A stretch of DNA of 64,000 nt from Candidatus Thioglobus sp. (GTDB lineage: Bacteria; Pseudomonadota; Gammaproteobacteria; Arenicellales; UBA868): contig SHBR01000001.1 in NCBI GenBank assembly GCA_004212795.1, forward strand, positions 11,324 through 75,323, read 5' to 3'. The translations under genes and the position numbers were made by a program. Positions 10,108-20,611 of the stretch are shown here, one piece after another. Within the stretch, counting starts at the first letter, position 1. Each line of letters opens with the position of its first letter. The notes under the pieces are model-generated. The model was not told where the DNA came from. It was given only the letters and a program-made list of their open reading frames with translations, and did no database searches.

Positions 10108-11556
10108 CTATCCGACAGCCCCTTCAAGACTGATACCAAGCAACTTCTGGGCCTCGACCGCGAACTCCATCGGTAACTCACGAAATACTTCCTTGCAAAA
10201 TCCATTCACAATCATGGATACCGCGTCTTCTTCTGCTAGACCTCGCTGGCGACAATAGAACAACTGATCCTCGCCAATTTTTGATGTCGATGCTTCATGC
10301 TCGATCGTTGCGGTGGGATTTTTGACCTCTACGTAAGGAAAAGTATGCGCACCACACCGATCCCCCATGAGTAACGAATCGCACTGCGAATAGTTTCTCG
10401 CATTTTTTGCACCTTTGAGGACTTTGACCAACCCACGATAAGCATTTTGGCCGCGCCCCGCCGAGATCCCCTTGGAGATAATGGTGCTAGAGGTATCCTC
10501 ACCAATGTGAATCATTTTGGTCCCCGTGTCGGCCTGCTGGCAATTGTTCGTCAGCGCCACTGAGTAGAATTCGCCCACGGAACCGTTGCCTTCAAGTAGA
10601 ACACTGGGATACTTCCAGGTGATAGCGGACCCTGTTTCCACCTGCGTCCACGATATCTTGGCGTTTTCTCCCCGACAAGCACCACGCTTTGTGACAAAGT
10701 TATAAATGCCACCGCGACCTTCTTCGTCACCCGGATACCAGTTTTGAACCGTCGAATACTTGATTTCTGCGTCCTTGAGTGCGACAAGCTCGACCACTGC
10801 AGCATGAAGCTGGTTCTCGTCGCGCATGGGCGCCGTGCATCCCTCCAGATAACTCACGTAACTGCCTTCGTCGGCCACGATGAGCGTTCGCTCGAACTGA
10901 CCTGTATTTAACGCATTGATCCGAAAATAAGTCGACAGTTCCATCGGGCACCGAACACCCTTGGGTATATAGACAAACGACCCTTCGGTAAAGACCGCGG
11001 AGTTCAATGCAGCGTAGAAGTTATCGGTCGCGGGCACTACCGATCCAAGATACTTACGTACCAAGTCAGGGTGATTAATCAGCGCCTCCGAAAGAGGACA
11101 AAAAATCACGCCGACTTTAGCCAGTTTGTCCTTGAAGGTCGTCGCGACTGACACGCTATCAAAAACCGCGTCAACGGCAACGCCCGCAAGGGCTTTTTGC
11201 TCCTCTAGGGGAATACCAAGCTTTTCGTAGGTTTCAAGCAGCTTGGGATCCACTTCATCGAGCGATTGGGGACGGTCTTCATCGCGTTTCGGCGCCGAGT
11301 AATAGCTAATCCCCTGATAATCAATTGGCGCGTAGTGGACGTGGGCCCAATCGGGCTGGTCCATCTCCTGCCACCGACGAAAGGCGTCCAGTCTCCAATC
11401 CAATACGAACTGGGGTTCTGATTTATTGGCGGACAAAAAACGGACGACGCTCTCGTCGAGACCCGGGGGGAGTGTGTCAGATTCGATATCTGTCACAAAC
11501 CCTTCTTTATAGTCGCGACCGACAAGATCGCCAAGTTCTTTCACGCTAGTATTCAT
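10108..11556 (-). CDS. sufB: Fe-S cluster assembly protein SufB
   Basis: [43 protein letters not shown]; start taken at MNTSVK (11556). Confidence 0.98.
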   Translation of the reverse strand: MNTSVKELGDLVGRDYKEGFVTDIESDTLPPGLDESVVRFLSANKSEPQFVLDWRLDAFRRWQEMDQPDWAHVHYAPIDYQGISYYSAPKRDEDRPQSLDEVDPKLLETYEKLGIPLEEQKALAGVAVDAVFDSVSVATTFKDKLAKVGVIFCPLSEALINHPDLVRKYLGSVVPATDNFYAALNSAVFTEGSFVYIPKGVRCPMELSTYFRINALNTGQFERTLIVADEGSYVSYLEGCTAPMRDENQLHAAVVELVALKDAEIKYSTVQNWYPGDEEGRGGIYNFVTKRGACRGENAKISWTQVETGSAITWKYPSVLLEGNGSVGEFYSVALTNNCQQADTGTKMIHIGEDTSSTIISKGISAGRGQNAYRGLVKVLKGAKNARNYSQCDSLLMGDRCGAHTFPYVEVKNPTATIEHEASTSKIGEDQLFYCRQRGLAEEDAVSMIVNGFCKEVFRELPMEFAVEAQKLLGISLEGAVG

Positions 11557-11587
11557 AACATCCAATTTCCAAACTGTGTTTGATGGA

Positions 11588-12097
11588 TCACTTAGCACCA
11601 CCAATTAAGGAATCTGCTTCCACAATAACCGTTTTCAGGCGACCTGACCGCAAGCCTTGCCGCACGGCTTCCTGACGCTCAGCCACTTCAATCACTTCGG
11701 GACGTCGTACCAATTCTCCGAGGGTAATACCGTTCAGGAATTCGTAAATTTTATCGCTTAGCTCCATCCAAAGCTCATGCGTCAGGCACTTCTCCCCGTC
11801 GAGGCAATTCGATTCCCCCCCGCACCGCGTCATATCTGCTTTTTCATCGACCGCCGCAATCACTGACGCAATTGAGATATCACCCATTTTTTGAGCCAGC
11901 CGATATCCGCCACCCGGCCCTCTCATTCCTTTCACCAAGCCGGCGGCGCGCAATCTCGCGAATAACTGCTCGAGATAAGAGAGCGAAATCTCTTGGTTCA
12001 TCGCAATATCCTGCAGTGTCACCGGACGTTTTCCTTCCTGAAGCGCCAAATCCAGCATGGCGGTCACCGCGTAGCGGCCTTTCGTTGTCAGTCGCAT
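11588..12097 (-). CDS. iscR: Rrf2-family Fe-S regulator IscR
   Basis: [35 protein letters not shown]; cluster ligands C-x5-C-x5-C-x2-H ([16 protein letters not shown]) intact. Confidence 0.95.
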   Translation of the reverse strand: MRLTTKGRYAVTAMLDLALQEGKRPVTLQDIAMNQEISLSYLEQLFARLRAAGLVKGMRGPGGGYRLAQKMGDISIASVIAAVDEKADMTRCGGESNCLDGEKCLTHELWMELSDKIYEFLNGITLGELVRRPEVIEVAERQEAVRQGLRSGRLKTVIVEADSLIGGAK

Positions 12098-12236
12098 ATC
12101 GCAAACTCCTTTAAAGCTTCAAACTAGACTGAAAATAAGTCGGGAGACAGCCTTTAACCCTATAAAACCCTAAAAAAATAGGCCTGAAAGCGCCGTCTAT
12201 CGATTTCCTGAGCGAGAGTATAGGGATTCAGTTGTG

Positions 12237-12261
12237 AAAACCAAGTAAAGGAGTCAGAAAT
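12237..12261 (-). promoter_or_regulatory. putative IscR type-1 operator overlapping the -35 of a candidate iscR-suf promoter
   Basis: Minus strand ATTTCTGACTCCTTTACTTGGTTTT resembles type-1 IscR sites (GACY-N5-AGTC/ACTC core). Candidate -35 TTGGTT (12244-12239) and -10 TATACT (12222-12217). A GACT-N7-AGTC inverted repeat also lies at 12127-12141. Confidence 0.45.
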
Positions 12262-12312
12262 TATACTATGTTCGCCACGCCACCGTATTGAAGCGCAAAT
12301 GCGTGGTCTGGA

Positions 12313-13968
12313 TTAAGTTTTCGAGCCGAAAATACCCGCCATTACAGAAATAACGCCTGCGCCGGTTAATGCGGCCGTCACCGCGGTGCCTATCATCCCG
12401 AAATCATAAATTTCCATAGCCGTGGAATTTGCGATTGCCGCCATTAAAAAAATAACGCCCCACGCGAGCCTGTTCTTTTGCTGGGTACGCTTTGCCAGTT
12501 TTTCCTCAAGCGCTGAAGTCCGATCCCGCTCTACGGACGATACCAAATCCTGTCCATCACGCTGGCGACGCAATAACTCGTGCACGAGTCCAGGTAATTC
12601 GGGAATCAAAGGTAAAACGGAAGGTAACTCGCGCCGCAAGGTTTTCATCAGAGCCTTGGGTCCAATCTGATCTTTCAACCATTGCTCAAGATAGGGCTTT
12701 GCGGTCTCCCAAAGATCCAGTTGCGGATAGAGTTGTCGACCCAATCCCTCAATATTGAGAAGCGTTTTTTGCAGAAGAACCAGCTGGGGCTGCACTGGCA
12801 TATCAAATCGGCGCGCCACTTGAAACAAACGCAATACCAACTGACCAAACGAAATCTCACTGATCGGGCGGGCGAAAATTGGTTCACAGACCGTTCGAAC
12901 CGCCGCTTCAAACTCATCGACTCGAGTCGTCGGCGGAACCCAACCCGCGCGGAGATGGGCGACTGCGACCGCTCGATAATCTCGGTTGAAGAAAGCCAAT
13001 AAGTTCTCTGCAAGATATCGTTTATCCGAATCCGCAAGACTGCCCATAATGCCGAAATCAACCGCGCGATACTGGCCCGTGGGACTCACAAAAATATTGC
13101 CCGGGTGCATGTCGGCGTGAAAAAATCCATCTCGAAACGCCTGGGTAAAAAATATCTCCACACCATGGTGCGCGAGCTTGCGAAGATCCACTCCAGCCGC
13201 TTTTATGGCGTCGATATCCCGAATCGGAATACCATAAATCCGCTCGATCACCAGAACATCTTGCGTACTGTGATCCCAGAAGACTTCGGGCACATAGATC
13301 ATCTCGGAGTCTAAAAAATTGCTCCGCAACTGGCTGGCGTTCGCACCTTCTCGCGTCATATCCAGCTCATCGTGAATCGTCTTGTCGTACTCCTCAACCA
13401 CCTCGAGGGGGCGGAGCCGGCGCGATTCGGGCCAATATCGATCAGCTAAATTAGCCAACTGATACAGCAGTTCAATATCTTGATCAATAATTGATTCGAT
13501 TCCCGGCCGTAGGATCTTGACGACGACCTCAGTACCATCTTTCAACGTCGCGCCGTGCACCTGAGCAACCGAAGCAGAAGCCAGGGGTTGGATATCAAAA
13601 CTCGCAAAATGCTCGCTAATCGGAGCACCCAGCGATTGTTCGACGACATCACGGGCCGCCTGCCCGGAAAAAGGCGGCACCTGATCCTGTAGACGAGTCA
13701 GCTCAACCGCAATGTCAGCGGGAATCAGATCAGGCCGAGTCGATAGCGCCTGCCCAAACTTCACAAAGATGGGTCCCAATTCCTCAAGCGCTTCGCGCAA
13801 TCGCTGGCCGCGATCTGATGACCGATCACGAAACCAAAAACCAGGGAGCAAAAACAGCAGCGGGCGATATGGACGCAACCTTCGCAACTGAAACACAAAT
13901 TCATCGAGACCGTGGCGCAAAAGCACACGAAAAATGCGGATCAGTCTCCAGGAGCCTTTTGTTTTCAT
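12313..13968 (-). CDS. ubiB: ubiquinone biosynthesis protein kinase-like UbiB
   Basis: LGPIFVKFGQ, ASASVAQVH, FFHADMHPGN, DFGIMG. Confidence 0.97.
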   Translation of the reverse strand: MKTKGSWRLIRIFRVLLRHGLDEFVFQLRRLRPYRPLLFLLPGFWFRDRSSDRGQRLREALEELGPIFVKFGQALSTRPDLIPADIAVELTRLQDQVPPFSGQAARDVVEQSLGAPISEHFASFDIQPLASASVAQVHGATLKDGTEVVVKILRPGIESIIDQDIELLYQLANLADRYWPESRRLRPLEVVEEYDKTIHDELDMTREGANASQLRSNFLDSEMIYVPEVFWDHSTQDVLVIERIYGIPIRDIDAIKAAGVDLRKLAHHGVEIFFTQAFRDGFFHADMHPGNIFVSPTGQYRAVDFGIMGSLADSDKRYLAENLLAFFNRDYRAVAVAHLRAGWVPPTTRVDEFEAAVRTVCEPIFARPISEISFGQLVLRLFQVARRFDMPVQPQLVLLQKTLLNIEGLGRQLYPQLDLWETAKPYLEQWLKDQIGPKALMKTLRRELPSVLPLIPELPGLVHELLRRQRDGQDLVSSVERDRTSALEEKLAKRTQQKNRLAWGVIFLMAAIANSTAMEIYDFGMIGTAVTAALTGAGVISVMAGIFGSKT

Positions 13969-13974
13969 CGGTGA

Positions 13975-14586
13975 CTAGCTGTCTTTTTTATTGCTAACAA
14001 AGCGTGCGATCCGCTGTTCCAGGCGCGCCATGTCATCCCGCAATTGATCGATGTTCTCAACAAAGCGTTGCGCACGAGGTCTACTGGGCAGTAGCTTGCT
14101 CTCTTCGACTAACGTTTCAGCGATACCGAGCAAACTCGAATCCGCAACGTCTGATGCCCATCCCCCAAACGCCCGAGCCCCATTCGCCAACTGATGAGCG
14201 ACCGGATCACCAAAAATCTGTGCCAGCTCTTCTTCGGCATCAATATCCAACGCGCCCAGAAGTGCCTTGAATTCGAGCATGGCGGCGCCATCACCCTCGA
14301 TCCGGACGCTGCCCTCTCGAAGCACAGCAGGATCCGGGCCAAACCGCATCAGTTTGATCAGACCCGTTAGCGTCCCGGAAATCAAGATATCTGGAGCCTT
14401 GTCGACCTTCGAAACCACACAAATCTGACTGTCTCGAATGGTCGCAAAACCCTCCACTCCAATACCCTGAACGGAAACTAGAATGATGCGGCCCTCTAAC
14501 GCTCGCGCGTGCGGCAACGCGCCCGAATCCTGAATAATCCGGTTAAATATTTTTTCCAACCGTTGTGTTAGAAGCTGGGTTGCCAT
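13975..14586 (-). CDS. ubiJ: ubiquinone biosynthesis accessory factor UbiJ (SCP2 domain)
   Basis: IEGD, DAEEELAQIFGD, C-terminal coiled coil LRDDMARLEQRI; lies between ubiE and ubiB. Confidence 0.88.
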   Translation of the reverse strand: MATQLLTQRLEKIFNRIIQDSGALPHARALEGRIILVSVQGIGVEGFATIRDSQICVVSKVDKAPDILISGTLTGLIKLMRFGPDPAVLREGSVRIEGDGAAMLEFKALLGALDIDAEEELAQIFGDPVAHQLANGARAFGGWASDVADSSLLGIAETLVEESKLLPSRPRAQRFVENIDQLRDDMARLEQRIARFVSNKKDS

Positions 14587-14590
14587 CTAC

Positions 14591-15340
14591 CTAGAATCGA
14601 TAGCCCGTATGAATGGCGACAATACCGCCGTTGATGTTTTGATGTTTCACATCTTCTAACCCGGCTTCTTCCATCATCGCAGAGAGCGCCTGCTGATTGG
14701 GATGCTTCCGAATCGATTCCACAAGATATTGATAACTTTGTTCATCACCCGTCACCATTTTACCCATCGATGGAATGACCGAAAACGAGAACAGATCGTA
14801 AGCGCGCGAAAGTAGCGTGGATGTGGGTGTTGAAAACTCGAGAATCACAAGCCGGCCACCTGGCTTAAGCATGCGTGACATTGATGCCAACGCCTTCGGG
14901 ATTCGCGTCACATTACGCAATCCAAATGCAATGGCGACGCAGTCAAACTGCCCGTCTGAAAACGGTAGTGATTCAGCGTCTGCCAAAAGCATCTGCACAT
15001 TAACTCCGAGACCTTCATTAAGAAGGCGGGAACGACCACACGCCAACATGCTCGCATTAATATCCGTCATCACCACCTGGCCCGAAGTGCCGACCTGGCG
15101 CGCGAAACGCATCGTCATATCTCCACTGCCCGCAGCGACATCAAGCACACGATGACCTTCACGAACCCCACTTCTAGCCAATGCAAGATCTTTCCACAGC
15201 CGATGCGATCCGAACGACATTAAGTCATTCATTAAGTCGTAACGACTCGCAACGGAAGAAAATACCTCGCCGACCCGACCCGCCTTTTCAGCCGGATCAA
15301 TCTCGCTAAAACCGAAGTGGGTTGCTCTTTCGCTGGTCAA
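14591..15340 (-). CDS. ubiE: ubiquinone/menaquinone C-methyltransferase
   Basis: THFGF, YDLMNDLMSFG.HRLWK, LDVAAGSGD, FGLRNVT, YLVESIR; TTG start. Confidence 0.97.
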   Translation of the reverse strand: MTSERATHFGFSEIDPAEKAGRVGEVFSSVASRYDLMNDLMSFGSHRLWKDLALARSGVREGHRVLDVAAGSGDMTMRFARQVGTSGQVVMTDINASMLACGRSRLLNEGLGVNVQMLLADAESLPFSDGQFDCVAIAFGLRNVTRIPKALASMSRMLKPGGRLVILEFSTPTSTLLSRAYDLFSFSVIPSMGKMVTGDEQSYQYLVESIRKHPNQQALSAMMEEAGLEDVKHQNINGGIVAIHTGYRF

Positions 15341-15363
15341 ACCGCTATCCCCTAACGCATCGA

Positions 15364-15750
15364 TCAGGAAACGACTTTACGCTGAAATCCAGCCTTTTCT
15401 AATGCCTCAAGATATAACCGCCAGTATTCATCCTGTTTGCTGCCAAGCTCATAAAGAGTTTCCCACGAGTAAATACCCGTATCATGGCCATCATCAAAAT
15501 GGAGTCTCACTGCATAGGCGCCGACGCCTTCCACCTCATTAATATTGACCAGCTCTTTGCCCGTCTGAAGGACCTCCTGTCCCGGACCATGACCTCTTAC
15601 CTCTGCTGAAGGCGAGTACACCCGCAAAAACTCACACGGAAGATTGAACTGTTCGCCGTCATCAAAACTGACTTCGAGCGCGCGTGATTGTTTGTGCAGC
15701 ACAATATTGGTGGGACGGGGATTCGATTGCATAGGAAAACTTTTATCCAT
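15364..15750 (-). CDS. DUF971 (GBBH-like N-terminal) protein
   Basis: EFLRVYSPSAEVRGHG, GAYAVRLHFDDGHDTGIYSW; usual neighbour of ubiE. Confidence 0.88.
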   Translation of the reverse strand: MDKSFPMQSNPRPTNIVLHKQSRALEVSFDDGEQFNLPCEFLRVYSPSAEVRGHGPGQEVLQTGKELVNINEVEGVGAYAVRLHFDDGHDTGIYSWETLYELGSKQDEYWRLYLEALEKAGFQRKVVS

Positions 15751-15782
15751 AATTAAGGGGTCAGGTTTTTGTCATCTTACGA

Positions 15783-16808
<1,026 letters not shown>

Positions 16809-16816
16809 TTATCAGT

Positions 16817-18022
16817 CTATTTCCGCTTCGACGCTTTTTTCGTCACTTTCTTGGCCGTGGTCTTCTTTGTTGCTTTTTTCGTCACTTTCTTGGCCGTGGT
16901 CTTCTTTGCTGCTTTTTTGGTGACTTTTTTCGCTGTGGTCTTCTTTGCTGTTTTCTTGACTGGCGCTTTTTTAGTCACTTTCTTGCCCGTGGTCTTCTTG
17001 GCCGCTTTCTTGGTGACCTTTTTCGCTGCGGTCTTCTTTGTTGCTTTTTTCGTGACCTTTTTCGCTGCGGTCTTCTTTGCTGTTTTCTTGACTGGCGCTT
17101 TCTTGGTGACCTTTTTCGCTGCGGTCTTCTTTGCTGTTTTCTTGACTGGCGCTTTCTTGGTGACCTTTTTCGCTGCGGTCTTCTTTGTTGCTTTTTTCGT
17201 CACTTTCTTGCCCGTGGTCTTCTTGGCCGCTTTCTTGGTGACCTTTTTCGCTGCGGTCTTCTTTGCTGTTTTCTTTTTCGTTGTCGCTTGATCAGCCACT
17301 TCGGGGTCCGCTTTTTTAATCTTAATCTTTACGGGCTCTTCGATCACCACAATCTTCTTTTCCATCGGACGGATTTCAGTATCAACGACGTCACAAATCG
17401 CATCGAAAATATGAGCCATACTGCGGCTCGCCGGAATGCTACGTAGTTTGTGTTGGGCCCGGTAATATGAAATCAATGGCGCGGTATCCCGATCGTAGGC
17501 TTCCAATCGGGAGCGCATCGTTTTTTCACTGTCATCGGTTCGAGAAACAAGCTTCTTGCTACCACATTGGTCGCACACGCCTTTCTTTTTCGGTGGTGAA
17601 GATTGTTTGTTATAAATCGCGCCGCAGTTCGCACAACTCATACGATTAATCACGCGTTTAATTAACACTTTGTTGTCTACTAAAAAGTGAAGCACCAGTT
17701 GGACCGGGCGACCCATCCAGCCAAGACGAGTATCCAATTCCTGTGCTTGGGGGATGGTGCGCGGAAATCCATCCAGGACAAAACCACGTCGGCTGTCAGG
17801 AGAGCGTAAATGATCGGTCACCGCATCGATTACGATACGGTCTGATACCAGTTCGCCGGCATCCATCATCGCTGCAACCTTCTTACCGACCTCGGTTTTA
17901 TCTGCTACCGCCTTTCGCAGAATATCGCCAGTCGAGATTTGAGGAACGCGATAGGCTTCTGCCATCATTTTGGCTTGCGTACCTTTGCCCGAACCGGGGG
18001 CGCCCAATAAAACAATTCTCAT
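16817..18022 (-). CDS. adk: adenylate kinase with Zn-finger LID and ~150-aa Lys/Thr/Ala-rich histone-H1-like C-terminal tail
   Basis: GAPGSGKGTQ, STGDILR, DGFPR, CANC...CDQC, RTDD; tail with 10 KKVTKK units; start taken at MRIVLLG (18022). Confidence 0.93.
   Translation of the reverse strand: MRIVLLGAPGSGKGTQAKMMAEAYRVPQISTGDILRKAVADKTEVGKKVAAMMDAGELVSDRIVIDAVTDHLRSPDSRRGFVLDGFPRTIPQAQELDTRLGWMGRPVQLVLHFLVDNKVLIKRVINRMSCANCGAIYNKQSSPPKKKGVCDQCGSKKLVSRTDDSEKTMRSRLEAYDRDTAPLISYYRAQHKLRSIPASRSMAHIFDAICDVVDTEIRPMEKKIVVIEEPVKIKIKKADPEVADQATTKKKTAKKTAAKKVTKKAAKKTTGKKVTKKATKKTAAKKVTKKAPVKKTAKKTAAKKVTKKAPVKKTAKKTAAKKVTKKATKKTAAKKVTKKAAKKTTGKKVTKKAPVKKTAKKTTAKKVTKKAAKKTTAKKVTKKATKKTTAKKVTKKASKRK
16830..17280 (-). 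repeat. coding tandem repeat (39-nt and 54-nt units) forming the Adk tail
   Basis: 13-aa KKTxxKKVTKKAx and 18-aa KKTAKKTAAKKVTKKAPV modules; near-identical 54-nt units at about 17047-17100 and 17101-17154. Confidence 0.9.
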
Positions 18023-18398
18023 TTTGCGATCTCCACAAAAATGGCTGTTTTCCAACAGCCGGGTTGAACCCTAAAAACCTTAACCGCAGCCTGAATACCT
18101 CATGGGCTACTGTTTTAAGCTCAAAAAAAGGGGCGTTTACTATAGTGGGGTTTCAGAATCTGTCAACGTGCGCCCAAAACACGCATTCGCTTCAACAACC
18201 TCACCAGCGAAAATATACGGTGTTGTCGAGCCCAAGAAACCGCTTAAGATAAAATTCTCGGCCCATTCCCATTAAAAATTAGCTGTTGATAACTGCCAAA
18301 GATCGTCGACAATTGGGGTTTGTGAGCGTCATCCGAGTCGTCCGTCGCCAATCGAAGCGTCCGAACCCTCCGATAAACCCAAATATTAAATCAATACC

Positions 18399-19667
18399 AT
18401 GAGCAAAAAGATAAACGCCTTTTACGCCCAATCGGGCGGTGTGACAGCTGTCATTAACGCAAGCGCTAGCGGTGTGATTGAAACCGCCAGGGCGCATCGA
18501 GACCAAATTGGAAAGGTCTTTGCGGGCCGAAATGGAATCATCGGCGCTCTAACAGAGGACCTCATTGATACCTCTCGAGAGAGCGCTAGCGCAATAGCAG
18601 CCTTAAGATCAACGCCCTCAGGAGCGTTTGGTTCCTGCCGATACAAACTCAAAAGTGTTGAAGAAAATCGCATCGAATACCAACGGCTCATTGACGTTTT
18701 TAAGGCACATAACATTGGCTACTTTTTTTATAACGGAGGGGGTGACTCAGCTGACACCTGTCTGAAAGTATCTCAACTATCGAAAAAAACGGGCTACCCT
18801 ATTCAAGCAATTCACATCCCGAAAACCGTCGATAATGATCTGCCCATCACGGATAACTGTCCCGGCTTTGGATCTGTCGCGAAGTACATCGCAGTTTCAA
18901 CCCGAGAAGCGAGTTTTGATGTCGCATCAATGGCGAAAACGTCAACAAAAGTATTCATCCTTGAGGTCATGGGGCGTCATGCCGGCTGGATAGCAGCGGC
19001 TGGCGGTATGGCGAGCGATGAAAATACGCCTATTCCTGTGGCAATCCTGTTCCCCGAAATAAAATTTGATCGAAAAAAATTCATTAGAAAAGTAAAAGAC
19101 AGCATCAAAAAGTTCGGATACTGCTCGGTCGTTGTCTCCGAGGGCGTTCGAAGCGGCAACGGGCGCTTTCTCGCAGATCAAGGCCTGAAGGACGCATTTG
19201 GCCATGCGCAGCTGGGAGGTGTGGCTCCCGTTGTCGCGTCGATTATCAGAGAAGATCTTGGCGTCAAATATCATTGGGCAGTTGCTGACTATCTTCAGCG
19301 TGCGGCCCGTCATATCGCCTCTAAAACCGACGTAGAGCAGGCCTATGCGACGGGTGTATCCGCAGTCCAAATGGCACTTGCAGGCAAGAATGCGGTGATG
19401 CCAGCGATTATCCGGAGCTCTGATCAACCCTATCGCTGGAAAATAGGAGAAGCGAAACTGACGCGCGTCGCCAACCGCGAAAAAATGATGCCACGTCATT
19501 TCATTACCCCCGACGGGTTTGGCATCACTGAGCGCTGCAGGCGCTATCTTTCACCGCTGATGCGAGGCGAAGATTACCCCACCTATGACAAGAATGGCCT
19601 GCCAAAATATGCGCGATTGAAAAACATTGCGGTTAAAAAGAAACTTGATCGGTCCTTTGAAATCTAG
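18399..19667 (+). CDS. pfp: pyrophosphate-dependent 6-phosphofructokinase
   Basis: NAFYAQSGGVTAVIN, GGGDS (Asp where ATP-PFKs have Gly), PKTVDND (Lys), EVMGRHAGW. Confidence 0.88.
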   Translation: MSKKINAFYAQSGGVTAVINASASGVIETARAHRDQIGKVFAGRNGIIGALTEDLIDTSRESASAIAALRSTPSGAFGSCRYKLKSVEENRIEYQRLIDVFKAHNIGYFFYNGGGDSADTCLKVSQLSKKTGYPIQAIHIPKTVDNDLPITDNCPGFGSVAKYIAVSTREASFDVASMAKTSTKVFILEVMGRHAGWIAAAGGMASDENTPIPVAILFPEIKFDRKKFIRKVKDSIKKFGYCSVVVSEGVRSGNGRFLADQGLKDAFGHAQLGGVAPVVASIIREDLGVKYHWAVADYLQRAARHIASKTDVEQAYATGVSAVQMALAGKNAVMPAIIRSSDQPYRWKIGEAKLTRVANREKMMPRHFITPDGFGITERCRRYLSPLMRGEDYPTYDKNGLPKYARLKNIAVKKKLDRSFEI

Positions 19668-19768
19668 CAATACCACGACCCAGGACCTTACCGAAATCAC
19701 GCAGGTTTTATTTAGATAAATTGTGATCAAGCAATCGTCGCTCCAGCTCACTTTGGATTAACGTTTTT

Positions 19769-20575
19769 ATGAACTCATCAAGCGAATCGGCTGAAATAAT
19801 ATCAAGCGAGCCTTTTTTTGCATCCGAAGGCAATGAAATCGTGATTTTTGAAGCGGCCTGGAAAAATCAACTGCCCATCCTCCTTAAAGGACCCACGGGA
19901 TGCGGCAAAACGCGCTTCATGGAGCATATGGCCTGGCGCCTTCAACGACCGCTGGTCACCGTCTCGTGTCACGATGACTTGACCGCATCTGACCTCGTGG
20001 GTCGCTATCTCATCATTGGGGGTGAAACAAAATGGATTGACGGGCCTTTGTCGGCAGCAATTCGAAGCGGCGCGTTATGCTATCTTGATGAGGTGGTAGA
20101 AGCGCGCAAAGATACAACCGTGATTATTCACCCGCTCGCAGATGACCGCCGCCAATTACCCATTGAAAAAACCGGCGAATTGCTCAATGCGCCGCCGGAG
20201 TTTTGCCTGGCCGTTTCGTATAACCCGGGGTATCAAAGTGTGCTTAAGGATCTTAAGCAAAGCACCCGACAACGATTTGTTGCGATCGATTTTTCATATC
20301 CTTCAGAATCGCTCGAATGCGACATCGTCGTTAAAGAATCCAGCATTGATGCCAATACGGCGATGCGGCTGGTTCGCTTTGCAAGCATGACCCGCAATCT
20401 AGCCGGAAATGGTCTTGAAGAAGGGGCCAGCACCCGACTGTTGGTCCATGCGGCCAAACTGATGGTGAGCGGAATTGATCCTAATACTGCTTGCCAGAGT
20501 GCTATTACCGAGTCTCTAACCGATGAGCCTGAAATGCTCGAGGCCGTAAAAGAGCTTGGGGCGACACTTTTTTAA
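19769..20575 (+). CDS. CbbQ/NirQ/NorQ-family AAA+ ATPase
   Basis: KGPTGCGKTRF, CHDDLTASDLVGRY, YLDEVVEARKDT, SYNPGYQS.LKDLKQSTRQRF, EGASTRLL. Confidence 0.93.
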   Translation: MNSSSESAEIISSEPFFASEGNEIVIFEAAWKNQLPILLKGPTGCGKTRFMEHMAWRLQRPLVTVSCHDDLTASDLVGRYLIIGGETKWIDGPLSAAIRSGALCYLDEVVEARKDTTVIIHPLADDRRQLPIEKTGELLNAPPEFCLAVSYNPGYQSVLKDLKQSTRQRFVAIDFSYPSESLECDIVVKESSIDANTAMRLVRFASMTRNLAGNGLEEGASTRLLVHAAKLMVSGIDPNTACQSAITESLTDEPEMLEAVKELGATLF

Positions 20576-20611
20576 ACAACAAATAAAGTAACTTAACTGA
20601 AGAAACACTCC

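Noticed and set aside
16830-17280. Possible CRISPR array
   Set aside because: No unique spacers, unit lengths are multiples of 3, the repeat is coding, and no cas genes are present.
18279-18398. Possible long hairpin (TTGGGGTTT / AAACCCAA) in the pfp leader
   Set aside because: Only a short terminal complement with no convincing inner stem or known motif.
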